From IMG/VR virus record IMGVR_UViG_3300046492_000081: a DNA stretch of 41,883 bases, one strand, 5' to 3'. This document shows, in pieces, positions 16,681 through 24,820 of this stretch. The position numbers were made by a program, and so were the translations under genes. Source of the stretch: a virus. Under the pieces are notes generated by a model. That model saw only the letters and a list, made by a program, of their open reading frames with translations, did not search any database and was not told the origin of the DNA. Position 1 is the first letter of the stretch. Each line of letters begins with the position of its first letter.

Positions 16681-17261
16681 TACTTGCTGCCGTACGCCCG
16701 GCGCATGCGCTCTTCGGGGGTGGCAGGCTCAGGCTCAGTGGAAGGGGTCTTGCCCCCGCCAACATCACCCCACGGCTTCCCGCCGGACTCCTGAGCCGCT
16801 AGATACGGCCGGTCCTTGAGAAGCTGGTCAATGGCTGCCTTGATGGCGTCTTCGCCGTTGACCTCAGCGGGCTTGATGTACAGGAGCGCGTCAGACGGGT
16901 CATGTAGCCGCCCCTTGGCCTCAGCCTTGATGGTGGTCTCCGAAAGCTGAGCAGTGAACTCCGCCCGGATCTCCGCCTTGATGGCCTCAAGGTCCGTGCC
17001 CTTAACCGCAGCGTTCGAACGCCGTAGCCGGTCAGCCTCAGCCTTGAGGGTGTCGCGCTCCTTCTCGGCAGCCTTGCGGGCATCACGCTCCGCCTTGATT
17101 GCCTTCTTGCCAGCGTCGCCTAGCTCCGCCTCACCCGTGGTCTCAGTGCTGGTCTCAGCGCTGGTCTCCGTGGTGGTGCTGGTGCCGGTCTCCTCCGTGC
17201 TGGTGGACTCAGTCCCCTCAGCCGTGGTGCCCTCAGCGCTGGTGCTGGTGGTGTCGCTCAC
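16680..17261 (-). CDS. Capsid scaffolding protein
   Basis: 193 aa. Thr/Ser/Glu low-complexity N-terminus followed by a charged coiled coil. Lies upstream of the capsid gene. Confidence 0.75.
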   Translation of the reverse strand: MSDTTSTSAEGTTAEGTESTSTEETGTSTTTETSAETSTETTGEAELGDAGKKAIKAERDARKAAEKERDTLKAEADRLRRSNAAVKGTDLEAIKAEIRAEFTAQLSETTIKAEAKGRLHDPSDALLYIKPAEVNGEDAIKAAIDQLLKDRPYLAAQESGGKPWGDVGGGKTPSTEPEPATPEERMRRAYGSK

Positions 17262-17273
17262 TCGGAATCGCTC

Positions 17274-18944
17274 CTAGGTGATATAGCCATGCTTCCTAAG
17301 CAAGGCGAGTTGCAAGTCACGGTTGCCGTGGGCTTGCTTGAGAATCTGCTCAGGCATTAGGCGCGCTTCCTTCACGCGCTCATACCGACTACCGGCGGAC
17401 TTCTGGAAGCCCTGAGCCTTAAGCGCCTTAGCGCCAATGCCCCGCTTCGTGGTCCCCTCAGTGGTCACGCGCTTGCCTGTTGAGGTGGTAGCCATCCCGC
17501 GTCGCGCGTTCACTACCTGCCCCATGTCAGCCCCGTTCTCAAGGGCATCAGCCCCGGCAGTGCCGAAGCGCTTACGGCGCTCTTCGGGGGTCATTGCCTT
17601 GAAAAGGTCTTCGGGGCTCTGTGCGGTCTCCCGTGACTTCCATTCGTCATGGGTCATGGGCTCCATACCGCAATCACACTTCGGATGGCGCTTGAAGCCT
17701 TCCGAATACGTGTACTGCCGACCGGCCAAGATGATGCACCTTGAGCAAGCCGGTAGCTTGACCACCCGGACGTAGGCGACACAAGACGTGTTGGCAGTCA
17801 TCGCGACTGACGTAGCCGTGCGCGCGGTATCCGTGATCGTTGTTGCCACCATCCGGGCAAGCTGATTCAGTCCCATGACTGACGCCTGTTCCGGAGTAGC
17901 CCCCAGCGCAAGCGCGCGGGAAGTAGTAATGCCGGGCATGTACAGCATGGTTGCCAGCGACCGGCCATCAGCCGCCATACCGGCAAGCTGACTAGGGACC
18001 AACAGCCCGGCGGTACTGGACGCTGCGCCCTGACTGAGCATCGCGCTAGTCACGAACATCTCTGCGCCCTGAGCCGCTGACAGTTGGCCAAGGGTGACCG
18101 CGTTGAGGATGGCTAGACCGTTCTCCCCCTGCAAGGCAGACAGGATGCGGTCAGGTGCTATGTGGGTCCAAATCTCCTGTACGGCCGTTACAACGCCCCG
18201 GGACGTCCGGGCCACCTCTTCGTACCGGGCCTCAGCCAAACGCCGTGAGGCAGCCGTTGAGCTACCCGCACGGGCTTCTCTCAGGTTCGGCCGTGACTCC
18301 CCCGGCGCATCCGGCCTAGGGGTTGCCTTGATGGTGGCAGCGGGCTTCGTCGGGGGCTTCGGCTTCGCGTCCGGGAAAGGCTCACCCTTGGCAGTCAGGA
18401 TGTCCCGTAGCCGGTCCTTGCCCTCATCAGTGATGACGAATGACTGACCGCTGTACGCCTCAGCTTCGCGGCTGCCACCTAGCATGGACTTGCCGCCCCG
18501 GCCAACCTTCTTTAGGAAGCCTTCGGCAGCAAGTTCCCGGATGGCTTGCTGTTGCTTGCGCGACCGGTTACCCAGGTAGACGCGATAGGTCTTGCCGTCT
18601 TCCGCCACCTGTTCAGCGTGAAGCGCCTGCCGTAGGACTGATTCAACGTCCTCAGCATCCGGCGTGTACTTCCGGCCAGCGGCAGCGTTCGCCTTCCGCT
18701 TCTTGACTGCCTCATCCTTCTGGGCAGCCTTCTTGGCCTCAGCCGTAGCCGCATCCTTGGCCGCTGAGCGTGCCCGGGATTCACTGGCGTACTTCTCAGA
18801 CTCAGCCATGAGCCGCTGAGCTTCCGGACCAGAGTCATCCCACCCGGCTGCCTCAATGACAGCGTCTAGTTGGCGGTTGATCTCCTTGAGAGTGTCCAGA
18901 AGCTCAGCGTCAGTCATGTTCTTCGGAGACTTACGCCGTGCCAT
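17274..18944 (-). CDS. MuF-like (SPP1 gp7-type) head morphogenesis protein
   Basis: 556 aa directly after the portal gene. C-terminal region carries a CSRC...CDC cluster. Confidence 0.7.
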   Translation of the reverse strand: MARRKSPKNMTDAELLDTLKEINRQLDAVIEAAGWDDSGPEAQRLMAESEKYASESRARSAAKDAATAEAKKAAQKDEAVKKRKANAAAGRKYTPDAEDVESVLRQALHAEQVAEDGKTYRVYLGNRSRKQQQAIRELAAEGFLKKVGRGGKSMLGGSREAEAYSGQSFVITDEGKDRLRDILTAKGEPFPDAKPKPPTKPAATIKATPRPDAPGESRPNLREARAGSSTAASRRLAEARYEEVARTSRGVVTAVQEIWTHIAPDRILSALQGENGLAILNAVTLGQLSAAQGAEMFVTSAMLSQGAASSTAGLLVPSQLAGMAADGRSLATMLYMPGITTSRALALGATPEQASVMGLNQLARMVATTITDTARTATSVAMTANTSCVAYVRVVKLPACSRCIILAGRQYTYSEGFKRHPKCDCGMEPMTHDEWKSRETAQSPEDLFKAMTPEERRKRFGTAGADALENGADMGQVVNARRGMATTSTGKRVTTEGTTKRGIGAKALKAQGFQKSAGSRYERVKEARLMPEQILKQAHGNRDLQLALLRKHGYIT

Positions 18945-18952
18945 GGTGCCCC

Positions 18953-20374
18953 CTATTCAGCGGGGACAACATCCCCTGACGTGATATCCGGCTTCGGTCC
19001 GTACAGGGCGGCAATGCTTCCGCCGGTAATGGCGGCAGCCTGGTCATCCCGCATGGACTTCCAACGCTCAATCTCTTCCGGCGTGGTGTCCGGCATGCGC
19101 TCCCACAGGGCTTCATCCGGCACGTTGATTGCCTTGTACTTCGTCAGGGCATCCGCGTACTGAGCCTCAGAGCGGAACTGAGCGTCACGCCAGACGACAG
19201 ACCCCATGCTGATTGCCTCAGCGCGGGAAGCGTCGCCAGACGCCAACGCCTCAAGCCTCATCAGTTCGCGTAGCGCCGCGCCAAAATAGCGCTGTCTTTC
19301 TTGCACCTTCGCCACTAGCCCGGCTTCGGAAGCCACCAGGGCATCAGCGCTGATGTTGACCATTTCCCCGGTCAGGTAAGACGGGGGCGTGCGCGTCTGG
19401 GCAGCAATGTGCCGGACGGCAGTCTCAATCACGCTGGTGTAGTTGGTCAGGTCAGCGGCACTGAACTCCGCAATCTGTGCGCCTTCGCGCTCAAGCCAGA
19501 GAAGGCGGTCACGCCGGAACCGGTCAATGGGCAAATCCTCTTCCCCAATGACTTCGCCGTCCTGGTCAAGGATCTCCTTGGTTGGCCGGTCCATCCCCAG
19601 CACAGCACGCGCGGGCACGGCCCGTTCATCAGCCGCCGTCATCAGGTGAGCCCACAGGGTGTTCACGCTGTCCTGTAGCGGGGCAACGCTGGCAATCTCA
19701 CTGGTGGGCTTCCCGCGCAAGCGTGCACGGTTCTCAAGCGCCACCAGGGGCACCACCTTGAGCGGGTTAGGCAGCGTGCCAGCGGACACCCAACCAGACC
19801 CCCCGAAGGTGGCTGACAGTTCGTGTCCGTAGCCGTCTAGCTGACCGACCGTCCGCACCCACAGGTACACGGCATCCGGGTAGAACAGGCTGGCCCGTTC
19901 CTGGTCACCATCACGCCACAGCAGAAGACCAGCGCGACGAACACGGCGCTTGCCGGGAACGTAGTCAACGATGGCCTGCCGCACGTCGTGAAACGTGATC
20001 TCCGTATTGATGCCGTCCGGCTTCCAGACCAGACCGAAGGAGCGACCGGCAATCAGCGCCTCAAGGAAGGCTAGGCCAACCTCAACGTCAGCCTCATTCC
20101 GTCGCCACGCGTCCCACGCCTGTGGGTCAATCGTCCCGTCATTCAGGCGGAAGGCGATAGGCACCAGGCGCTCAACGGTCGCATCCGGGACCACCTGACA
20201 CCAGTTGTCAGAGAAGTCATCGAACAGCGAACCGGTCTGGCCCTTGAACTCCGGGGACGCGAACTTAAGCGGCACGTTCCCGTTGTAGTAGTTGGACCAG
20301 ACCTCAGCGGCACCAGCACGGCGCTTTAGCTTGCCGTACAGCCGGTTCAGGTCATCTAGTGGCGTCAGCGCCAT
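18953..20374 (-). CDS. Portal protein
   Basis: 473 aa directly downstream of TerL. ATG 20374 follows a GGGGAGGG SD. Confidence 0.85.
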   Translation of the reverse strand: MALTPLDDLNRLYGKLKRRAGAAEVWSNYYNGNVPLKFASPEFKGQTGSLFDDFSDNWCQVVPDATVERLVPIAFRLNDGTIDPQAWDAWRRNEADVEVGLAFLEALIAGRSFGLVWKPDGINTEITFHDVRQAIVDYVPGKRRVRRAGLLLWRDGDQERASLFYPDAVYLWVRTVGQLDGYGHELSATFGGSGWVSAGTLPNPLKVVPLVALENRARLRGKPTSEIASVAPLQDSVNTLWAHLMTAADERAVPARAVLGMDRPTKEILDQDGEVIGEEDLPIDRFRRDRLLWLEREGAQIAEFSAADLTNYTSVIETAVRHIAAQTRTPPSYLTGEMVNISADALVASEAGLVAKVQERQRYFGAALRELMRLEALASGDASRAEAISMGSVVWRDAQFRSEAQYADALTKYKAINVPDEALWERMPDTTPEEIERWKSMRDDQAAAITGGSIAALYGPKPDITSGDVVPAE

Positions 20375-20391
20375 GCGCCCTCCCCGGGTCG

Positions 20392-20416
20392 GCACCTACG
20401 GATTTTCGGAAGTGGT
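20392..20416. repeat. SD/anti-SD palindrome, copy i (imperfect)
   Basis: GCACCTACG GATTTT CGGAAGTGGT; touches the TerL stop codon. Confidence 0.7.
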
Positions 20417-22125
20417 TAAGCGGAAGCGGCACGCGCCTTCTTGAGGGGTCGACGTACGTAGCCGTCCATGGCCATCACGGCAGCGGCAATGCCATCAATG
20501 CGGGCACTGGACTTCTGCCGGTTCGGCTTGACGGGTCGGAAGTTGTCGTTGCCGTCCGTCAGGATCTCTACGCATGAGGCATGCCAGCGAAGCACGGGAT
20601 TCCCGCCATGCCGGATCTTGCCTTCACGCAACATGCGCTCAAGTTCCTTCGAACCAGGGCCCATGCCTAGGTAGGTCTGTGCGACCGGCACCAGGTCAAC
20701 GCCCCGGGTCTTATGGTCAACACGCTGCACAAGCTGACCGGCAAACATGCGGTCATAGCTGATGCGCTGGACATTCAACCGGCGGCAATCGTCAATGATC
20801 TGACGCTCAATCGCGGCATAGTCAATGGCGTCACCTTCGGTTAGCTGAATCCAGCCTTCCCGGACCCACAGCCGAAGCGGCACCTGTAGCTGTGCCTCAA
20901 GTTCGTCAACCCGCTCTTCTGGTAGCCAGAAGCGGGAGATCAACTCAAGCTCAACACCAGGCTGCCGGGACTCAACGGCCATGACCCACGCGGACATGTC
21001 CGACACGGCGGATAGGTCGACGCCACCCCACGCGCGCCGGTAACGGAACTTCTTGTCATCGACTTCGCCAGCGTTCGCGTCCCACATAGGCATGGGAAGC
21101 CAGCGGGTTGCAGCGCGCATGCGTCGATTCAGAGACAGGCGGCAGAACGTTGGGAAGTAAGAGGGGGTGGACTTCGCCTTAGCGGCTTCACGGCGCATGT
21201 ACGCCAGTGACGGGCTGGTGCCTAGACCAGGGTTGGCCTTGTACCAGGTGGCTTCGTCAAAGGGGTCATCAGATTCTTCCGCTGCCCAAATGACCCCGTA
21301 GTGACCAGGGTCATCAATGACGCCCTCAGATAGGCGACGCGTATAGACATGCTTTTCGTCATAGATCGAACCCTCTTCGCCTTCATCAGCAGTCGTGATG
21401 AAGACAACCAATGGCTGATCACGTGCGCCTGTGCCGGTCTCGATAGCGTCGACTAGGTCACGCTTCTTGTGAACGTGGACTTCGTCAACGATGGCCCCGG
21501 ACACGTTCAGTCCGTGGGCGGTCTCGGCAATCTTGGACAGCGCCCGGAAGACGCCACCAGTACGGGGCACCCGGATGACTCCGCGCAAGACCTCAACGCG
21601 TCCCTTGACGGCATTGGAAGTCAGCGCCATTCGCTTAGCGTCATCGAACACGCGCTCAGCCTGTGGCAGCGAACCAGCCGCCGCGTAGACTTCCGCACCG
21701 TGTTCCCGGTCAGCCAACAGGAGCGTGAGCCCAATGCCGGAAGACAGGGTTGACTTGCCGTTCTTACGCGGAACCTCAATCCAGACGGACCGGATCACGC
21801 GCACTTCCCGCTCAATCTCCGGGTCATACCACAGCCACCCGAAGACGGGGGCGATAACCCAGACGATTTGCCACGGGGCTAGCTTGAGGGGGCTTGAACC
21901 CCATCTGCCCTTCGTGTGCTTGAAAGACTCAGTGGCCTTGATGGCACGCCGGGCAGCGTCCACGTTGAAGTAGGCACCCGGTTGCTTGTCAGCCTGCATG
22001 GCCAGCACCAGGGGGCGAGACTGAGCCGCTGCCTGAATCTCTTCGGGCGAAAGTCCTAGCTCAATCAGCGCGTCATACGGGACCGGCAGCGCGTCTAGCG
22101 CCTCAGTCGAAAACGTCCCCGTCAT
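20416..22125 (-). CDS. Terminase large subunit
   Basis: 569 aa. Walker A-like VPRKNGKS, ATPase plus nuclease layout. ATG 22125 follows a GGGGGAGA SD. Confidence 0.9.
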   Translation of the reverse strand: MTGTFSTEALDALPVPYDALIELGLSPEEIQAAAQSRPLVLAMQADKQPGAYFNVDAARRAIKATESFKHTKGRWGSSPLKLAPWQIVWVIAPVFGWLWYDPEIEREVRVIRSVWIEVPRKNGKSTLSSGIGLTLLLADREHGAEVYAAAGSLPQAERVFDDAKRMALTSNAVKGRVEVLRGVIRVPRTGGVFRALSKIAETAHGLNVSGAIVDEVHVHKKRDLVDAIETGTGARDQPLVVFITTADEGEEGSIYDEKHVYTRRLSEGVIDDPGHYGVIWAAEESDDPFDEATWYKANPGLGTSPSLAYMRREAAKAKSTPSYFPTFCRLSLNRRMRAATRWLPMPMWDANAGEVDDKKFRYRRAWGGVDLSAVSDMSAWVMAVESRQPGVELELISRFWLPEERVDELEAQLQVPLRLWVREGWIQLTEGDAIDYAAIERQIIDDCRRLNVQRISYDRMFAGQLVQRVDHKTRGVDLVPVAQTYLGMGPGSKELERMLREGKIRHGGNPVLRWHASCVEILTDGNDNFRPVKPNRQKSSARIDGIAAAVMAMDGYVRRPLKKARAASA

Positions 22126-22588
22126 CGTCTCCCCCATTCTCAGGCGGCTGAATGCGCCCACGGGCAGACGGACTGAGTCCTAGCTCTCCGATATAGCGGG
22201 CAAGTTGTGAGCGGTACTGGCCTAGGACCGTGGTCCATCCGTTCTTCTGCCAGCCGCGTTCGCCTTGCATCAGCACGCCATCCCGGGACAAGGAACGCTC
22301 ACCCTGGTCAATGCGCGCGACACAGACGCAATAGTCAGTCAGGACCACAGTGTCAACAGCGCCGATACCGGCCGTGTACTTGAGCACTGGGATAACCCGG
22401 GACCACTCAGCGGACGCCACCTCACGGCAACGCTTGATGCCAGCGGCAGACCCCGGGAAGACAACAGCCCAGTCAGGCTCAGTCAGCTCAGCCGGGGGCG
22501 TCACAATGCCGGGGTTGACAGGGCGCTTGCCGGGGTTGCCCTCACGGACCACCTGTAGGGCGGGCTTCGTCCGTAGTGGGTCGGCCAT
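22103..22588 (-). CDS. Terminase small subunit (P27-like)
   Basis: 161 aa. ATG 22588 follows a GAAGGAGGTG SD. Overlaps the TerL start. Confidence 0.75.
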   Translation of the reverse strand: MADPLRTKPALQVVREGNPGKRPVNPGIVTPPAELTEPDWAVVFPGSAAGIKRCREVASAEWSRVIPVLKYTAGIGAVDTVVLTDYCVCVARIDQGERSLSRDGVLMQGERGWQKNGWTTVLGQYRSQLARYIGELGLSPSARGRIQPPENGGDDDGDVFD

Positions 22589-22720
22589 GAGGGCACCTCC
22601 TTCACGCTCAGTCATCCCGCGCAAACGGGTCAGGTTGCGGCGCTAGCTTTTTGCCTCCCTGCCGAGTGTCTGTGGGCACGGGAGGGGGTCACCCCCCAGG
22701 TGGGTGGTCACACAGCGCGA
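22589..22720. other. Non-coding gap upstream of TerS; candidate cos region
   Basis: The HNH-(gene)-gap-TerS-TerL order is typical of HNH-dependent cos packaging. The gap contains GGGGG-TGA-CCCCC and a bulged CCTCCC(G)TGCC/GGCAGGGAGG hairpin. The cleavage site cannot be read from the sequence. Confidence 0.3.
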
Positions 22721-23053
22721 TCAGGTCACCCGAACGGCCAGCAAGGTCAGCGACACGTTGTCAACATCCAGTGCAACGGCCTGCCCATAGTCACCAGGGG
22801 CGAACGGACCGAACGCCTTAGACGTGTTGGCAGGCACACTGACCACGCGTGGTGTCACGGGCTGCCCGTCCACGGTCCTGGTCAAGCTGATGGTCACGTT
22901 GTATGCAGTGTCAACGCTTGTGTTGCGAACGATCAGACCAACGCGACCATCATTAGGCAGCGTGTGACCATTGAGCGTGTCACCAACCAGCGCATCAGGC
23001 ATGACAGTGCCATCACGTGTGACAGCAACAACAGGGATCTCTACCCTTGCCAC
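22721..23053 (-). CDS. Hypothetical 110-aa protein
   Basis: GTG start at 23053 directly after the HNH TGA. GAGAGGAG SD. Confidence 0.6.
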   Translation of the reverse strand: MARVEIPVVAVTRDGTVMPDALVGDTLNGHTLPNDGRVGLIVRNTSVDTAYNVTISLTRTVDGQPVTPRVVSVPANTSKAFGPFAPGDYGQAVALDVDNVSLTLLAVRVT

Positions 23054-23416
23054 TCACTTACTCCTCTCAGCGTGCCAACCACCAGGCTGATGCCGGGCGG
23101 TCTCCTTGTTATGACAGGGGGCACATAGGGGTCTCAGGTGGGTGGGGGTATCAGGGTCAACACCCCGGGCTATCAGCTCACGGCGTGATAGGGGGTGGTG
23201 GTCAGCAACAGTGGCCTGTGCAGTGCAGAGCACGCACCAGGGATGCGCGTACAGGTACGCCTTACGTATGCGCTGCCAGCGGGTAGACCCATACTGGCCA
23301 GCCCCACGCTCCTTGCGTATCTGCCAGTCCTGAGCCCTGTGAGCCTCACAGCGACCACCAGAGACAAGCTCCGGGCAGCCGGGCACAGAGCACGGGTTAC
23401 GCGGCCTAGACGGCAT
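23054..23416 (-). CDS. HNH endonuclease (terminase-associated)
   Basis: 120 aa. CxxC...H-N...CxxCH motifs (DHHPLSRRE...CAPCHNKE). ATG 23416 uses the SD arm of palindrome j. Confidence 0.85.
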   Translation of the reverse strand: MPSRPRNPCSVPGCPELVSGGRCEAHRAQDWQIRKERGAGQYGSTRWQRIRKAYLYAHPWCVLCTAQATVADHHPLSRRELIARGVDPDTPTHLRPLCAPCHNKETARHQPGGWHAERSK

Positions 23417-23418
23417 GT

Positions 23419-23445
23419 GGTCACCTCCGAAAATCCGTAGGTGCC
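23419..23445. repeat. SD/anti-SD palindrome, copy j (the SD arm is the RBS of the HNH gene)
   Basis: GGTCACCTCCG AAAATC CGTAGGTGCC. Confidence 0.7.
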
Positions 23446-23450
23446 GATTG

Positions 23451-23522
23451 AGCCCCCTGGTGGATTCGAACCACCGCACCATGTTTACGAGACATGTGCT
23501 CTGCCCATTGAGCTAAGGGGGC
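23451..23522 (-). tRNA. tRNA-Thr (anticodon CGU)
   Basis: Hand-folded cloverleaf. 7-bp acceptor GCCCCCT/AGGGGGC, anticodon loop CTCGTAA, T-arm GGTGG-TTCGAAT-CCACC. Confidence 0.85.
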
Positions 23523-23526
23523 GAAG

Positions 23527-23607
23527 TCCGCTGGGAGGGATTCGAACCCCCACGCCGTAAGGCATCCGGGTCTAAGCCGGACGTGTCTTCCGTTCCACCA
23601 CCAGCGG
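23527..23607 (-). tRNA. tRNA-Leu (anticodon UAG), class II with a 13-nt variable arm
   Basis: Acceptor CCGCTGG/CCAGCGG, D-arm GTGG-AACGGAAG-ACAC, anticodon loop CTTAGAC, T-loop TTCGAAT. Confidence 0.8.
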
Positions 23608-23688
23608 GCACGCTGTGCGGTCTCCCCTTTAGCTCAGGGCTCCGTCTACACAGCGGCAGGGCAGGGCATTACCGGCAACGCCCCGCAG

Positions 23689-23761
23689 TAGGTCAGGTGG
23701 GACTTGAACCCACAGCATCCCGGTTAAGAGCCGGACACTCTACCAATTGAGCTACTGACCT
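23689..23761 (-). tRNA. tRNA-Lys (anticodon CUU)
   Basis: Acceptor AGGTCAG/CTGACCT, anticodon loop CTCTTAA, T-arm GTGGG-TTCAAGT-CCCAC. Confidence 0.85.
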
Positions 23762-23834
23762 AGGCGGCAAGGGAACCTCTATCACCCATTGCCAATGCGC
23801 ACCCTGAACCATTACTTACGTGCGCTTCCTATCG

Positions 23835-23907
23835 CTGTCCCGGCTGGATTCGAACCAGCAACCCCCGGGGTAACAACCCGGCGCTCTGCCCATTGAGCTA
23901 CGTGACA
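23835..23907 (-). tRNA. tRNA-Asn (anticodon GUU)
   Basis: Acceptor TGTCACG/CGGGACA with one A-G mismatch and a U1-A72 pair. Anticodon loop TTGTTAC. T-arm GCTGG-TTCGAAT-CCAGC. Confidence 0.8.
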
Positions 23908-24016
23908 TTGAGGGTTACTCGCCGCTCACTTTGCTTGTGACTAGCAAGCCAGTGTGAGCCGGTTTCACCCAGGGTGCTTATCGTCGGTCCGGTCAGGGAC
24001 CTATTGTGAGCACCAG

Positions 24017-24101
24017 TGCCGCATCAAGGATTTGAACCAAGGACTTCCCCTCACCCATGGGCCCATGGTGGGGGCGCTCTTCCAGACTGAGCTAATGCGG
24101 C
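24017..24101 (-). pseudogene. Degenerate tRNA-like element (85 nt) with an aberrant anticodon arm
   Basis: The 7-bp acceptor (GCCGCAT/ATGCGGC) and D-arm are perfect. The anticodon arm is replaced by a 28-nt hairpin around CCATGGGCCCATGG. The T-stem has two U-U mismatches. Confidence 0.55.
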
Positions 24102-24104
24102 AAG

Positions 24105-24178
24105 CGCTTCGTACCGGATTCGAACCGGTGACCTTCGCCTTGACAAGGCGCTGCCCTAAGCCACTAGGCCAACGAAGC
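24105..24178 (-). tRNA. tRNA-Asp (anticodon GUC)
   Basis: Acceptor GCTTCGT/ACGAAGC, anticodon loop TTGTCAA, T-arm ACCGG-TTCGAAT-CCGGT. Confidence 0.8.
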
Positions 24179-24309
24179 AAGCGGCTTCGCCTTGCAACCC
24201 GGGGAGAGAAGCCAGGGAAGGCGAAGCCATGTGAGGGGCAGGGTCCATCTGTCCGCCGGACCTTCGAGTCAGTTCTACGTGCGCGGGAAACCCCTGCCCT
24301 CAAGATGTA

Positions 24310-24327
24310 TCTAGTGAGTCGAATGCC
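24310..24327 (-). promoter_or_regulatory. Phage promoter-like motif, copy 4, about 130 nt upstream of the tRNA array and late operon
   Basis: GGCATTCGACTCACTAGA in gene sense. Confidence 0.55.
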
Positions 24328-24357
24328 AACGCGCCGGGGCCTGATCCTGGGGCGCTG

Positions 24358-24448
24358 TGTAGGAATGTAGGAAGTGAGTGAGGTCTCTGAATCCCTATAG
24401 AAACCCTTATGGATTATGAAGAGTGATACAGAAACTACATTCCTACAT
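24358..24448. repeat. 91-bp inverted-repeat regulatory cassette B; paralogue of 277-367
   Basis: Same 13-bp arms and the same 91-bp span. The cores align without gaps. Confidence 0.8.
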
Positions 24449-24515
24449 TTATGCAGGTCAGATGGGGTGTTAGAAGCCTGGCACTCAGCCCCCTCATGCA
24501 CGCTGAACGCACGAA

Positions 24516-24547
24516 GGGCGGGCACCAGCCGAAGCCAGCACCCGCCC
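24516..24547 (-). terminator. Strand-specific terminator after the int operon (14-bp stem with G-U pairs, UUCG loop)
   Basis: Minus-sense RNA GGGCGGGUGCUGGC-UUCG-GCUGGUGCCCGCCC followed by UUCGUGCGUU. The four wobble pairs would be C-A mismatches on the other strand. Confidence 0.6.
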
Positions 24548-24559
24548 CAGTGACTCAGA

Positions 24560-24769
24560 TCACTCAGCCGTCAGATACCGCACAGCCCGAACGGCCCTCT
24601 TGAGCCCTTCCAGACCGCCCAGCACGTCTACGCACTCTTGGCACGTGTCGCACAGTCCCCCGTCTTCCTGCCCAATGCGGATGCCGCAGACAGCGCACTT
24701 GTACTTACGCATGCCAGCCCGGTACGCCCGTGCCTCAGCGGCAAGCTCCTCATTCGTCTTGTCTCTCAT
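24560..24769 (-). CDS. Small 69-aa Zn-ribbon protein downstream of int
   Basis: CxxC...CxxC motif. ATG 24769 follows a GGAGTGGTGGG SD. Confidence 0.6.
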   Translation of the reverse strand: MRDKTNEELAAEARAYRAGMRKYKCAVCGIRIGQEDGGLCDTCQECVDVLGGLEGLKRAVRAVRYLTAE

Positions 24770-24820
24770 CCCACCACTCCGCTTGTCATGCACACACTGT
24801 CACCGTCTGATTGCACTGAG

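Noticed and set aside
23054-23482. Longer N-terminal versions of several ORFs (HNH 23482, ThyX 31756, sigma 33618, lysin 4819, int 26446 and others)
   Set aside because: The extensions read through palindromes or promoter motifs, giving the recurring GFSEV/LRIFG peptide artefacts. They lack an SD, whereas internal starts have strong SDs at proper spacing.
23608-23688. Possible extra tRNA because of a TAGCTCAGGGC D-arm-like string on the plus strand
   Set aside because: No acceptor stem, anticodon arm or GGTTCGAATCC-type T-arm can be folded on either strand.
24040-24075. The CCATGGGCCCATGG palindrome (NcoI-ApaI-NcoI sites) in the tRNA-like element as an engineered linker
   Set aside because: There is no other sign of engineering: no vector sequence or selection markers. 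GC-rich palindromes of this kind arise naturally. It is noted only as a curiosity.
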